The notes below the pieces were generated by a model. It did no database searches. It was not told the DNA's origin and saw only the letters and a list, made by a program, of their open reading frames with translations. Positions 25,711-37,914 of a stretch of DNA of 64,000 nucleotides are shown here, in pieces. This DNA is from the human T2T-CHM13v2.0 reference genome, Homo sapiens. Made by a program: the position numbers and the translations under genes. The stretch lies in assembly GCF_009914755.1 (NCBI RefSeq), contig NC_060942.1; one strand, written 5' to 3'. Position 1 is the stretch's first letter. Every line of letters begins with the position of its first letter.

Positions 25711-26318
25711 TGTCTTAGTCAGAGTTCTCTAGAGGGACATAACTAATGAAATATATGTGTATATATATATATACACACACATACATATACACATATACAT
25801 ATACACATATATATATAAAGGGGAGTTTATACACATAAAGGGGAGTTTATACACACACATACATATACACATATACATATACACGTATATATATAAAGGG
25901 GAGTATATATATATACATATATATATATAAAGGGGAGTTTATTAAGTATTAACTCACATGATCACAAGGTCCCACAATAGGCTGTCTGCAGCCTGAGGAA
26001 CAAGGAGAGCCAGTCTGAGTTCCAAAACTGAGGAACTTAGAGTCTGATGTTCGAGGGCAGGAAGCATCCAGCAGAAGAGAAAGATGTAGGCTTGGAGGCT
26101 AGGCCTGTCTCTCTTTTCACATTTTTCTGCCTGCTTATATTCTAGCTGCACTGGCAGCTGATTACATTGTGTCTACCCAGATTAAGGGTGGGTCTGCCTT
26201 TCCCAGCCCACTAACTCAAATGTTAATCTCCTTTGGCAACACCCTCACAGACAAACCCAGGATCAATACTTTGCATCCTTCAATCCAATCAAGTTGCCAT
26301 TCAGTTTTATCCATCAAA
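25711..26318 (-). mobile_element. MLT2A1 3' LTR of HERV-L provirus
   Basis: Matches the 5' LTR at 31898-32394; polypurine tract (minus strand AAGGGGTGGACT) adjacent at 26319-26330. Confidence 0.93.
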
Positions 26319-26725
26319 AGTCCACCCCTTGTCAACTTGAACCCATACACATCTCCTGAGATCATAATCTTCAAATAAAGAGAATAATAAGGTTATAATT
26401 GCACCTAACATAGTACAACTATCCTTCATATAACCGGAAATGCACCAATCCCCAACCCAAATACTATTACGTAAAGTTAACAATACTTAAATGCTGATGT
26501 GAAGTCAATAAATGTATGTCAAATGATAAAGAAGAAAGGAAATAAAAAGAAGATATTTTCTTAGTACAAGTGTATACATGCACAAACACGTTTTGAACCA
26601 AAGGAGAAAATATTCATGACAATTGCAGTCCTCATTTCTGCACCTGGTCACGAGGTCATAGCTGGTATTGATGACTACCTTCTTCTACTACGCATTCTGT
26701 ATTCCCTTTGCTGTCAGCAAGCACC

Positions 26726-27100
26726 TCAGCAGGTCATGGTTTTTTTTCCTGGTGGAGTGACCCAAACCTTCATTCCTGAAGGGTCTGGACCATTTGTAGT
26801 CCTCCCTGGATTGGGCTGTTGTAGTTTCCCATTGACCTTAATCACAGCACATGGTAATACTAAGAGATGCCCTAATAGATCTCCTGTATTCCATACATGC
26901 TCTTCCTTACCTCCATTGTGGAGTAGTAGACTGATTTCATCTTGATAGTCTGGGTCAATCACCCCAGACAACACTGTTACCCTCTACTTAGCCTTAAGTC
27001 TGACTTAAAGGTTGGAGGAGCCCAAAGTGTCCAGGTGGCAATCTTAACTTCCAGTTTAATGGAATCATTGTTGTGTCTCCTGGTGGCAGCTTTCCTCCCT
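26726..27100 (-). pseudogene. HERV-L dUTPase, disrupted
   Basis: GVIDPDYQDEI dUTPase motif in ORF 26726..26974; upstream part is in other frames. Confidence 0.85.
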
Positions 27101-27199
27101 CCAGAACTAAGACCTCTAGGCCAGCAGACTGTAATGTTGTGGGAAAAGGAAGCAAACATTTTGCTAGTGGTCACTAGGGGTGATGGTGAGTGGAGCCGT

Positions 27200-27934
27200 T
27201 TCCACCCCTTGGTTCCTGGACCCCTGATTTTTGACTATTGGAGAAACAGTACCAAATATTGGACACTGATTCAGAGCATCCAAGGCCTTCTGGAGAAACT
27301 TGCCCCAGCCCTGCAAAGTATCGTCACCTAGTTAGCAGTGTAATTGTGATTTCGAAAGGCCATTCCACCGTTCTATCAATCCAGCTGCTTCAGTATGATG
27401 GGAAACATGGTAAGACCAGTGAATTCCCTAAGCATGAGACCACTGACGCACTTCTTTAGCCATAAAGTGAGTGCCTTGGTCAGAGGCAATGTTGTGTGGA
27501 ATATCATGATGGTGGATAAGGCATTCCATGAGTTCACAGATGGTAGTCTTGGCAGAAGCATTCCATGCAGGATAGGGAAACCCATATCCGGAGTAAGCGT
27601 TTATTCCAGTAGGGACAAACCTCTTCCATTTCCTTGATGGAAGAGATCCAATACAATCAATCTGCCACCAGGTAGCTGGCTGATCACCCCAAGGAATGGT
27701 GCCATATTGAAGGCTCAACATTGGTCTCTGCTGCTGGCAAACTGGGCACTCAGCAGTGCCCATATCCAAGTCAGCCTTGGTGAGTGGAAGTCCATGTTGC
27801 TGAGCCCATACATAACTTCCATCCCTGCCACCACAGCCACTCTGTTCATGGGCCCACTGGGTGATGACAGGGGTGGCCTGGGAACAGGTCATCCTATCCA
27901 CTTGATTATTAAGATCCTCCTCTGCTGAGGTCAC
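27200..27934 (-). pseudogene. HERV-L integrase, disrupted
   Basis: WAHEQSGCGG...CPVC zinc finger (second His replaced by Cys), WQIDCIG and IASDQGTHF in ORF 27428..27934. Confidence 0.88.
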
Positions 27935-27949
27935 CTGTTAGTGAGCACT

Positions 27950-29730
27950 CACATGAAACACAAATATCTTCACAGTTTTTGACCACTCAGAGAGGTCCAT
28001 CCACATACCCGTTCCCCATATTTCTTTGTCACCAATTTTCCAATCATGCTTCTTCCAAGCCCCTGACCATCTAGCCAAACCTTGGCTACAACCCATGAAT
28101 TAGTATATAATTGCACATCTGGACATTTCTCCTTCCGTGGAAAGGGCACAACCAGGTGCACTACTCAAAGTTCTGCCCACTGGGAAGATTTCCCTTCACT
28201 GCTGTCCTTCTTCAGGGATGTCCTGGAAAGGGGCTGTAGTGCTGCAGCTGTCCACTTTTGTGTGGTGCCTGCATGTCATGCAGAAGCATCTGTGAACCAG
28301 GCCCTAGTCTTCTCTTCCTCTGTCAACTGATCATAGGGAATTCCCCATGAGGCCATCACTGCAGGCTGGAGGAGAGAAGGCAGGAGTGGAGACCATGGGC
28401 ATTTCAGCCACTTCCTCATGTAAGTTATTCCATGTAAGTTACTCATGCCTTCAGAACCTGCTCGAGCCTGATCATGTATATACCACTTCCATTTGATAAT
28501 GGAATGCTGCTGTGCACAACCCACTTTATGGCTAGATGGATCAGAAAGCACCCAGTTCATGATAGGCAGTTCAGGTCGCATGGTGACTTGGTGACTCATA
28601 GTCAAACGTTCAATTTCCACCAAAGCCCAGTGTAACAGCCTAAGAGCTGTCTCCCAAAAGGAGAATGGTTATCTGTAGAAGATGGCAGGGCCTTGCTCCA
28701 AAATCCTAGAGGCCTCCCGTGATTCACCTATGGGAGGCTGCCAAAAGCTCCAAACAGCATCCCTATCTGCCACTGACACTTCAAGCACCATTGGATCTGC
28801 TGGGTCATATGTCCCAAGTGGCAGAGCAGCTTGCAGAGCAACATGGACCTGTTGCAGATCCTTCTCCTTTTCTGGACCCCACTCAAAACTGGCAGCCTTT
28901 GGGTCACTCGATAAATGGGCCAGAGTAATACACCCAAATGAGGAATACACGTGTTGCCTCCAAAATCCAAATAGGCCCACTAGGCATTGCGCCTCTTTCT
29001 TGGTTGTAGGAAGGGCCAAATACAGCAACTTATCCTTTACCTTAGAAGGAGTATTTCAACAGGTCCCACAACACTGGACCCCCAGAAATTTTACAGAAGT
29101 AGAAGGTCCCTGAATTTTAGCCAGATTTATTTCCCATTCTGTGGCACGCAAATATCTCACCAATAAGTTCAGTGTGTTTTGCTACTTCTTGCTCACTGGA
29201 TCCAATCAGCATAATGTCATCAGTGTAATGGACCAGTGTGATATCTTGTGGAAGCGAAAAGCGATCAAGTTCTCTCTGAATAAGATTATGACACAAAGCT
29301 GGAGAGTTGATATACCCCTGAGGTAGGACAATAAAGATACATTGCTGGCCTTGCTAGTGGAAGGCAAATTGCTTCTGCTGGGCCTTATGGACAGCAATGG
29401 AGGAAAAGGCATTTGCCAAGTCAATGGCTGCATACCAGGTACCAGAAGATGTGTTAATTTGCTCAAGCAATGAAACCACATCTGGTACAGCAGCTGGATT
29501 TGGAGTCACCACTTGGTTAAGCTTACGATAGTCCAGTGTCATTCTCCAAGATCCATCTGTCTTCTGCACAGGGCAAATGGGGGAGTTGAATGGGGATGTG
29601 GTGGGAATCACCACCCCTGCATCTTTCAAGTCCTTTTTGGTGGCACTAATCGCTGCAGTCCCTCCAGGGATGTGACATTGTTTTTGATTTACCATTTTTC
29701 TAGGTAGAGGCACTCTAATGGCTTCCATTT
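27950..29730 (-). pseudogene. HERV-L reverse transcriptase / RNase H, frameshifted
   Basis: [43 protein letters not shown] at 29216-29227, RAWFTDAS; split across several frames. Confidence 0.9.
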
Positions 29731-30141
29731 GGCCTTTCCTACCATAATAGCCCTCACCCTACCAATCAGGGAGCCAATGTAAGTGTTCTGCCAGCTGCTA
29801 TGTATGTCTATGCCAATTATGCACTCTGGCTCTGGGGAAATGACCACAGAATGAGTCCAGAGACCCACTGGACGCACTGCAAATCTGACTTAAGCTAAAC
29901 CTTCATTAATTACCTGACCTCCATAAGCCCCTACTTTAGCTGGAGGACCACAATGACGTTTTGGGTCCCCAGAAATCAACGTCAGCTCAGAGCAAGTGTC
30001 CAGTAGTCCCTCAAATGTCTGATTATTTCCCTTTCCCCAGTGCACAGTTACCCTGGCAAAAGGCTGGAGGTCTCCCTGGGGAAGGATGGGAGAAAGATTC
30101 ACTATATAAATTGTTGGTAGTGTAGTGGGATCCTTCCTCAA
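29700..30141 (-). pseudogene. HERV-L aspartic protease, disrupted
   Basis: GLLDTCSELTLI (DTG motif altered to DTC) in ORF 29890..30141; IIGIDI in ORF 29689..29877. Confidence 0.8.
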
Positions 30142-30299
30142 GGGGACCCAGCCTCCCCTTCATTCAAAGGGTTCTGGGTCTGTAAACTGGTTCAAGTCTG
30201 GAAATTGATTGAGGGGCCATAATTCTCTGTGTTTATAATTCAAATTAGTTTTCTGTCCATTCAACCTGAAGTTTTCTGCTTGTATAAATTAAGTAAGAA

Positions 30300-31764
30300 T
30301 GCAGTAGGCTTCCTATCAATTTCACTTCTAGAAATACCGTGATTAATTAGCCAATGCCAGAGCTCTACATGTCAGACTATTTTGACTGCCGCTTTACTTC
30401 TGCTGTCCATTACGGTAACTACACTCACTCTGCCTGTGATGTTTGGATGCTGCCACTTGGCCCCTGCAACCTCGAGATCCAATTATTCCCATTGTATTTA
30501 AATTTTGTAGTTGAGTGACTGCAGTTTCCACTGTTAAATCTGACATACAGAGAAGAGCAATTACAGGTCTCTTCAAAGATGCAGGTGCTGCCCTCACAAG
30601 TCTATTTCAAAAGGCATTAGTCAAGAGTATATCTTCTGGACTAATCTACTCCACCATCTCAATCTCCCTAAGCCTTTGGTCCCTTCCTCTACATTAAACA
30701 GGGAGATTGGACATTTCTGGCTTGCTCACAGTGGACCAGCTTTTAATCCATATTTCAGCTAACCAAGCAAATAAAGTAATTGAATCTTTTTTAACTCCCC
30801 AAGCTGCAACATTAAATGCAGACTCCCTCCTTAGTGGGCCCAAATCAATAAATTCAGCCTGATCCAACTCTATATTCCTTCCACCATTATCCCACTCCCT
30901 TAATATCCATTCCCATGCCTGTTCTCCAGATTTCTGTTTATATAAATTAGAAAACTCAAGCAGTTCCTTTCGATTGTAGTGCTCCTCCTCATGGGTCACA
31001 CTCTCAACCTCATCTCTGGGGGCCCACCAAGACTTTAGTCTAGTTATAGGCCTAGAAGCAAACAGGGGTGTTGGAGGTGGCTTCTGAGGAGAATCAACAT
31101 TATCTGGCCTGGCAACTGCCTCAGGGAAGGCCATCACTGTTGCCTCAGGCAGCGCAGGGTTTATCTCCTCAAATGTGGAAAGGCTGAGGGCAGCATGGGT
31201 TGGGGAGAGGATGTTGCTACTACCGGGGATCGGGAAGCTGTTTCTTCTGGCAAAAAAGGTTAATCAGACCTTACAAACTCAGTGTCCCCAGCTTCATCAT
31301 AGTTTTCCCACATGCCCCCATTCCAAGTTGCAGGGTCCCTTTCTTTTCCAATCAATGCCCTCACTTTAACAGTAGACACCTGGTGAGGCTGTGCATGCAC
31401 CTTTCATTGCAGGTCAGCCACCCACATGATAAGAGCTTATGTATGTTTTCCCAAAACTTCAGCTCTTTCTCTACAGGATATAAGACTCTCACTCAGGGCA
31501 ATCTTAGCAGATTTGAGGCTCACTATCTGCTTCTGAAGCTGGGAGATAGAATTCATCATTTTCTTTCATCACTTTGTCTGCTGAACTTAGGAGCAACCAA
31601 CCAGCTTCATTATGTTCCTTGGTTCTCCACACATGATCAAAGGTATTATATATAGAGTCACTAAACTCCTTGCCTCTCAGGAGTGATGAATCAGAAGTGT
31701 CAAATGCATTTATTTTGCATAACTCTCTGAACAGTTCATGCCAAGGACTATTAGTGTTCTCCAT
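30300..31764 (-). pseudogene. HERV-L gag, disrupted
   Basis: ERV-L gag-like fragments SPWHELFRELCKI and YKQKSGEQAWEWILREWDNGGRNI in ORFs 31504..31764, 30694..31137 and 30394..30597. Confidence 0.85.
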
Positions 31765-31874
31765 ACCATTAGAAAGAGAGTCCTTTGCAATTTTTGTCTA
31801 ATCATATTAAGCAGCCAACTCCAGAAACCTCAAAACCACTGAAAAAAATCCATTCTTAATATTCTGTTCCTCTA

Positions 31875-31892
31875 GAACCACTCCTGGTACCA
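31875..31892 (-). promoter_or_regulatory. Primer-binding site (tRNA-Leu-like)
   Basis: Minus strand TGGTACCAGGAGTGGTTC just 3' of the 5' LTR. Confidence 0.7.
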
Positions 31893-31897
31893 AAATC

Positions 31898-32394
31898 TGT
31901 ATTAGTCAGGGTTCTCTAGAGGAACATAAATAACGGAATATATATATATTCCTTTATACATACATACATATATATGTGTGTGTGTGTATATATATATATA
32001 TTTATATATGGGAGTTTATTAAGTATTAACTCACATGATCACAAGGTCCCACAGTAGGCTGTCTGCAGGCTGAGGAACAAAGAGAGCCAGTCCAAGTTCT
32101 GAAACTGAAGAACTTGGAGTCCAATGTTCAAGGGAAGGAAGCATCCAGCACAGGAGAACGTTGCAGGCTGGGAGGCTAGGTCAGTCTCTCTTTCATACTT
32201 TTCTGCCTGCTTATATTCTAGCCACACTGGCAACTGATTAGATTGTGCCCACCCAGATTAAGGGTGGGTCTGCCTCTCCCAGTCCACTGACTCAAATATT
32301 AATCTCCTTTGGAAACACCCTCACAGACACACCCAGGATCAATACTTTGTATCCTTCAATCCAATCAAGTTGATGTTTAGTATTAACCATCACA
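31898..32394 (-). mobile_element. MLT2A1 5' LTR of HERV-L provirus
   Basis: Minus strand begins TGTGATGGTTAATACT and ends CTGACTAATACA. Confidence 0.93.
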
Positions 32395-32930
32395 GCATTC
32401 CAAGTCACAGGATGAAATAGGAGGTCAGCACAAGATGCAGGTCACAAAGACCTTGCTGATAAAAGGATGCAGTAAAGAAGCCAGCCAAAATCCACCAAAA
32501 CCAAGATGGCAATGAAAGCGATCCCTGATGGTCACCCTCACTGCCCATATGTTAATTACAATACATTCGCATGCTAAAAGATACTCCCCACCAGAGCCAT
32601 GACAATTTACAGATGCCATGGCAACATCAGAGAGTTACCCTATATGATCTGAAAGAGGAGGAACCTTCATTTCTGAGAATTGCCCAACCCTTTCCCAGAA
32701 AACTCATGAATAATCCACCCCTTGTTTGCATCTAATCAAGAAATAACCATAAAAATAGCCAACCAGCAGGCCTTGGAGCTGCTCTGCCTATGGAGTAGCC
32801 ATGCTTTATTCCTTTATTTTCCTAATAGACTTGTTTTCACTTTACTCTATGGATTCACCTCGAATTCTTTCTTTTATGAGATCCAAGAACCCTCTTTTGG
32901 GGTCTGGATTGTGACCCTTTTCCAGTAGCA
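32395..32930 (+). mobile_element. MER41B solo LTR, 3' piece with tandem GAS motifs
   Basis: Resumes gcattccaagtcacaggatg; ends ccctttccagtagca followed by TSD gaat (32931-32934); TTCN3GAA at 32671-32679 and 32692-32700. Confidence 0.92.
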
Positions 32931-33360
32931 GAATCATAATGTGCATTTTAACAAACATAATTTTCATGTGGAAAAAAACTGAGTTTCAATAAGAATTTAC
33001 TGCAAAGTTTGGAATAATCTGTATTTTTTTAGTGTATGTTAAGACTTACAGAGCTATGAACAAGATACTTGAGGATAAAATGTCCCTATGGGTAAGGTGG
33101 TTAAAACTGAAAAGAAGTTAAACCAATTTAGTTTACGTAGAGCTTTTTGGAGACTGTTCTGCTAAGCTGCACTTAAACGCTACAAAGAGGAGACAGAGTG
33201 TGTAGTGTACTCCTATAATTTTCACCTGTGCTATTATTGTTACAGAGCAGCTTTTGGGACTATTGTTTGGTTTGTTACAAACTACTTGGTGTATTGTAGT
33301 AAGTACATAGGATTTTAGCAGAAAAAGAGGAAAATACTGACTTCATTTCCAAAAGAAAAC

Positions 33361-33610
33361 TATTGAACTATAAGTTCAATAATTTTCTATTGAACTATAT
33401 ATGTAAGTTATAGATATATAATGTATATAACTATATATTTACATATATTTTATATATATTTATATTTATATATTTATATATTTATTATATATTATTTATA
33501 TATTATATATAAATAATATATTTTATATATATTTACATATAGTTATATATAGTTATATACATTATATAACTATATGTATATATGTATATATATGTGTGTG
33601 TATATATAAT
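33361..33610. repeat. AT-rich low-complexity tract with inverted repeats
   Basis: (TA)-rich; 24-bp inverted repeat 33415-33438 / 33545-33568. Confidence 0.9.
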
Positions 33611-33619
33611 TATGCTCAC

Positions 33620-35755
33620 TATGACCTGGAGGAACCAGAAAGTTTGCAGTTTAATTTATAACATAAGTTCATATAAATTGCATAAAACCTTAAACTACAA
33701 ATTTTCTTTTACAATGTCTGATATTTCATCAAAAATAACCAAACAGGCTTCTCCCACTGCTTAGGATGTAGTCTAAGAGACTGTCATTCTCACAATAACA
33801 ATGAGGTACAGCTGAATAAGCTACATACAAAACCACATTAAAGATTTTAAAAATTATAATTAGAAGTAAAAATGCATAGAAGGCAAAATAGATTAAAATC
33901 CAGATGGTGATGAGTCTTTTCTTGGAAACAATACATATAACCTCCTTTCATCAGGAGTCATCCCCCTGCAACAAGGGTATGGAGAAACCAGCCAAATTTA
34001 AAAAATAGTTTTAATAGCTACATGTGAGTTGGCAGAATGGATTTAAATTCTGAGGAGCCTGGGCCATAAAATGACTCTGTACACACCCACCATCTCTAAC
34101 CTATGGACCTTCCTGTAAGTAGAGCATAGAGTAACCAAAAGAAATTACTTGGAGGCTCCCCAGGCATTGAAATGTAGAAAGGCAGTGGCTGCTAAAGGAT
34201 CAAGATCAGGAAGAAAGGCTCAGAGAAATCCCCCCACATCCCAGGGCCCTGGGGCCTTCAGTTTGAGCCACAAGTGCCACATTAAGTCCTCAGGACAGGG
34301 CAGCACAATAGATAGAATGCTCCCAAGGTGTAAGAAAGCAATGGACAGAACTGCAGAGCGAACAGAAAATGCCATAAATCTAGAAAGTTAACATCCAGTT
34401 AAAGAGCAGAAATACATTTTCTGTGGTTCAGAAAGCAGGTATGTAGACTATAAAACATTAAGGTGTCATTGGCGTCTCAACAATGCTCAAATCCAAATCC
34501 CTGCTGAGGGAAGTGCTGATCCCCCCCGTCAAAATATATGAAGCTAGAGGTGAAATTAATATAACTGAATCTCCTAAGCCCAGACAACGCTTCACTGTAG
34601 AGTAAATCAACTTGTCTCACTGTACTAGTGAATGTGTAGGGAGACACACTGACAAAGAAGGGTAAATATTTTTATGAGGATAAATATTATTTACTTGTTT
34701 CTCTACTGCTTTTTTGTTTCTTTTTCCAGACAAAATCTGTAATACATTAAACATTTATGAGACACACAAAGATTAAGGAAAATGGTCAATAGACGGAAGG
34801 GTGAATATTAAAAGGTAGAGATTACTCAGATTTTATAATTATGACATAAGGACTTCATGATACATGTATTAGTCCACCTATTAGAAAAGGTAAACAGCAT
34901 GTGTGAACAGATGACGAATTTTAGCTACAAAATAAAAGCTATAAAAAGAAGCTAATGAGAATGCTAGAGAGAAAAAAAATTATATCAGAAATAAAACACA
35001 TATTTGATGATTTAATAGCAGATGGGACACAGCAGAGGAAATAATCAGCAAACTTGAAGAAAGATCTATAGAAATTATCAAAATAAATTAAAAAGGAAAA
35101 ATAAACAATAAAAATGGAAAATCCAAGATCTGTAAGTCAATATGAAATGTCTAATACTCTTTACTTGAAATACCAGAGAAGAGAAAGAGAATGTGAAAGA
35201 AGAAACACTGGAAGAGATAATGCTCAAGAATCTCCCAAATTGATAAAAGACATCAACCCACGGATACAATGAGCTCAAGGATTTCCAAACAAGATACATA
35301 CAAAGAAAATCACTCTTAAGCCTACCATGGTCAAATTGCTGAAAATAAAAAATAGTGAATCTTAAAATCAACAGGAAGTGGGGCAAGGGTGGAGAGAAAT
35401 ATGTCAGATAGGTCATGAAAGATAGATAGGTCAATGAAAACAATGATAGCTGAATTCTTATTAGGGACAACGTAGGCCAGAAAGCAACAGAAACACATTT
35501 TTAAAAGGCTAAAAGAAAAAAAAAGAGCTATCAATAGTTAACTACCTCTATTTATCAAAATATCAAAATATTCTTTAAATAAAAAGGCAAAATAAAATAT
35601 TTTCAGAAAAACAAAATTTGAGAGAGTGTACACTACAAAAATAACTAAAACAAGTTCTTTAGAGTGAAGGAAAATGAAACCTAAGGAAAACCCAAATCTG
35701 TAGGTAGAAAAGAAAAATACCAGATTTGGCAAATATAAAAGACATTTTAAAGTAT
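33620..35755 (+). mobile_element. Ancient L1ME-like 5' region / ORF1 relic (continues ~37915-38820)
   Basis: ORF1-like A-rich sequence at 34750-35750; ORF2 endonuclease-region relic (aataatagttggggactttc) at ~38590. Confidence 0.7.
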
Positions 35756-35759
35756 TTTC

Positions 35760-37910
35760 AACAAATTCAGCTGAGAAAAATGGATATTCACATGTAAAAT
35801 AATGAAGTTGGACCTTTGCCTAATATCATATACAGAAATTAACTCAAAATGTGTCCAAGATCTAAATGTAAGGTTAAAAACTGTAAAACTCTAAAACATA
35901 GGGCAAAAACTTCATGAAATAAGAATTGGCAATGATTTCTTGGCTATGATATCAAGGTACAGGTGACAAAAGAAAGAAAATAAATTGCACTTCATGAAAA
36001 TCAAAAGTTTTGTGCATCAAGAGATAATATACACAGAATAAAAGGCAACTATAAAATCAGGGATAATATTTGTGAATTATATATCTGATAAGTGATTAAT
36101 AGCCAGAATATGACAAAAAATAACCCGATTCAAAAAGGGGCAAAAGACTTGGATCAGCTTTTCTCCAAAAGAGATACTGATAGGGACAGGAGACAGATAA
36201 ATTCCTAGGGAGACAGAAGTGTGTCCCCAGTGAAACCCAACCGTCAAACCAAAGCCTGAAAACTGAGCTACTGGTTCTGGGCATAGTCCATGACTGGAGT
36301 AAGAACTTCCTCAATGCCTTTTAGCCAATGGAATGATGACTTTTCCAGGCCTGTTCATGGACCAATCAGCATGCACTCTCCCATTCTAAGCCCATAAAAA
36401 CCCTGGACTCAGCCTCACAGATGGCTACCCACTTCCATGACCCCTCTCACACAGAGGGCTACCCACTTCATGTTCCCTCTCATTTCTGAAAGCTTTTCTG
36501 TCACTCAGTAAGATTCTTCTCTGCCTCGCTCACTCTCCAAGTCCATGTACCTCATTCTTCTTGGTCGGGGACAATAACCCAGGAGCAAAAAAGGCGTGCT
36601 CCTGGCTGGTTCACTGAGCTGCAGGTGGCATGAATTAAAAGAGATGTGACATGCTCCCATTTGCCAGACTACAGGAGCGAAGAGCTGCATCCCTTCTGGG
36701 AGCCCAGACTTCAAGACTCCCTGAGCCAGAGTATAACACACAGAGAACTGTGGCATTCCCTGGTGGCTTAGACCTCGGTACTCCCCAAGCAGAAGCTATG
36801 GCACCCACTTGGAGCTCTGTGGTTGCTGCTGGCATCTTTGCGTCCCCATTGTCCAGATGCCAGCGTCCAAGACAGAAGCTGGTCATGACACACTGGACCA
36901 GACACAGGCTGAGCACAGAACCATGATGGGCACGGGATCCAGGCCAGTAGCACAAGCCAAGTGTAGGCTGCTGGGCTGAGTGTGCAGAACAATCCCAACA
37001 GGCCTGAGCAAAGTCCAGGCAGAGACACTGCCAGCTGTGGAGGTTTCTGGCTGGTGAAACAGCACAGAAAGAATCCTGTGTCAATATGTAAATGGCCAAT
37101 AAGTACATGAAAAGATACTCAACATACTAGTCATTAGAGAAATACAAATCAAAACTACAATGAGTTACCAATTCACACTCATTACAATGGTCAGAATTAT
37201 AAAAACAGAAAATAACAAGTGTTAGCAAGGTTGTAGAGAAATTGGAGCTCTTGTGCACTGTTGATTACAATGTAAAATGGTACAGCCACTGTGGAAAACA
37301 GTATAAAAATTTTTCAAAAAAATCACAAATAGAATTATCATAGGTTCCAGCAATTCCACTTCTGGCTATATACACAAAAGAACTGAAAGAAAGTCTTGAA
37401 GAGATATTTGTACACCCACGTCCATAGCAGCATTATTCACAGTAGCTAAAACATGGAAGTAACTTAAGTGTCCATTGATGGAAGAATGAATACGCAAAAT
37501 GTGCTAAATACATACAATAGATTACTATTCAGCCTTAAGAAGGAAGGACATTCTGACATTCCCCACAACATGGATGAACCTTAAGGATATTATGCTGAGT
37601 GAAATAAGCCAGTCACAAAAAGACAAATATTATATGATTCCACTTATATATGACATTTGGAGTAGTCAAAGTCATAGAGACATAAAGTAAAATGTGGTTG
37701 CCAAGGTCGGGGAGACAGGGAAATCAGAGTTATTGTATAATGAGATAGAGTTGCAGTTTTACAAGATGGAAAGAGTGACGGAGATGGATGACAGTGATGG
37801 TTGCACAAAATTATGAATATATTTAATACTACTGAAATGTACACTTAAAAAGGTTAAAATAGTACATTTATGATATTACATTTTCTACCTATACACACAC
37901 AATTAAATTT
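35760..37910 (+). mobile_element. L1MB 3' portion, split by an LTR at 36178-37083
   Basis: Late ORF2 sequence continuous across the LTR (aaaagagatac | atatgtaaatggcc); L1MB-type 3'UTR gagatggatgacagtgatggttgcacaa. Confidence 0.85.
36178..37083 (+). mobile_element. ERV1 solo LTR, LTR27/LTR28/LTR1 group
   Basis: tgatagggacaggagacag ... gaatcctgtgtca; 4-bp TSD atac / atat; CCAAT boxes at ~36325 and ~36362. Confidence 0.8.
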
Positions 37911-37914
37911 ATTT

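Larger units (their letters stand above)
26319..31897 (-). mobile_element. HERV-L internal region (gag-pro-pol-dUTPase, no env)
   Basis: Minus-strand ORF fragments with retroviral motifs in ERV-L order; flanked by paired LTRs and a 5-bp TSD tcatt / gcatt. Confidence 0.95.
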
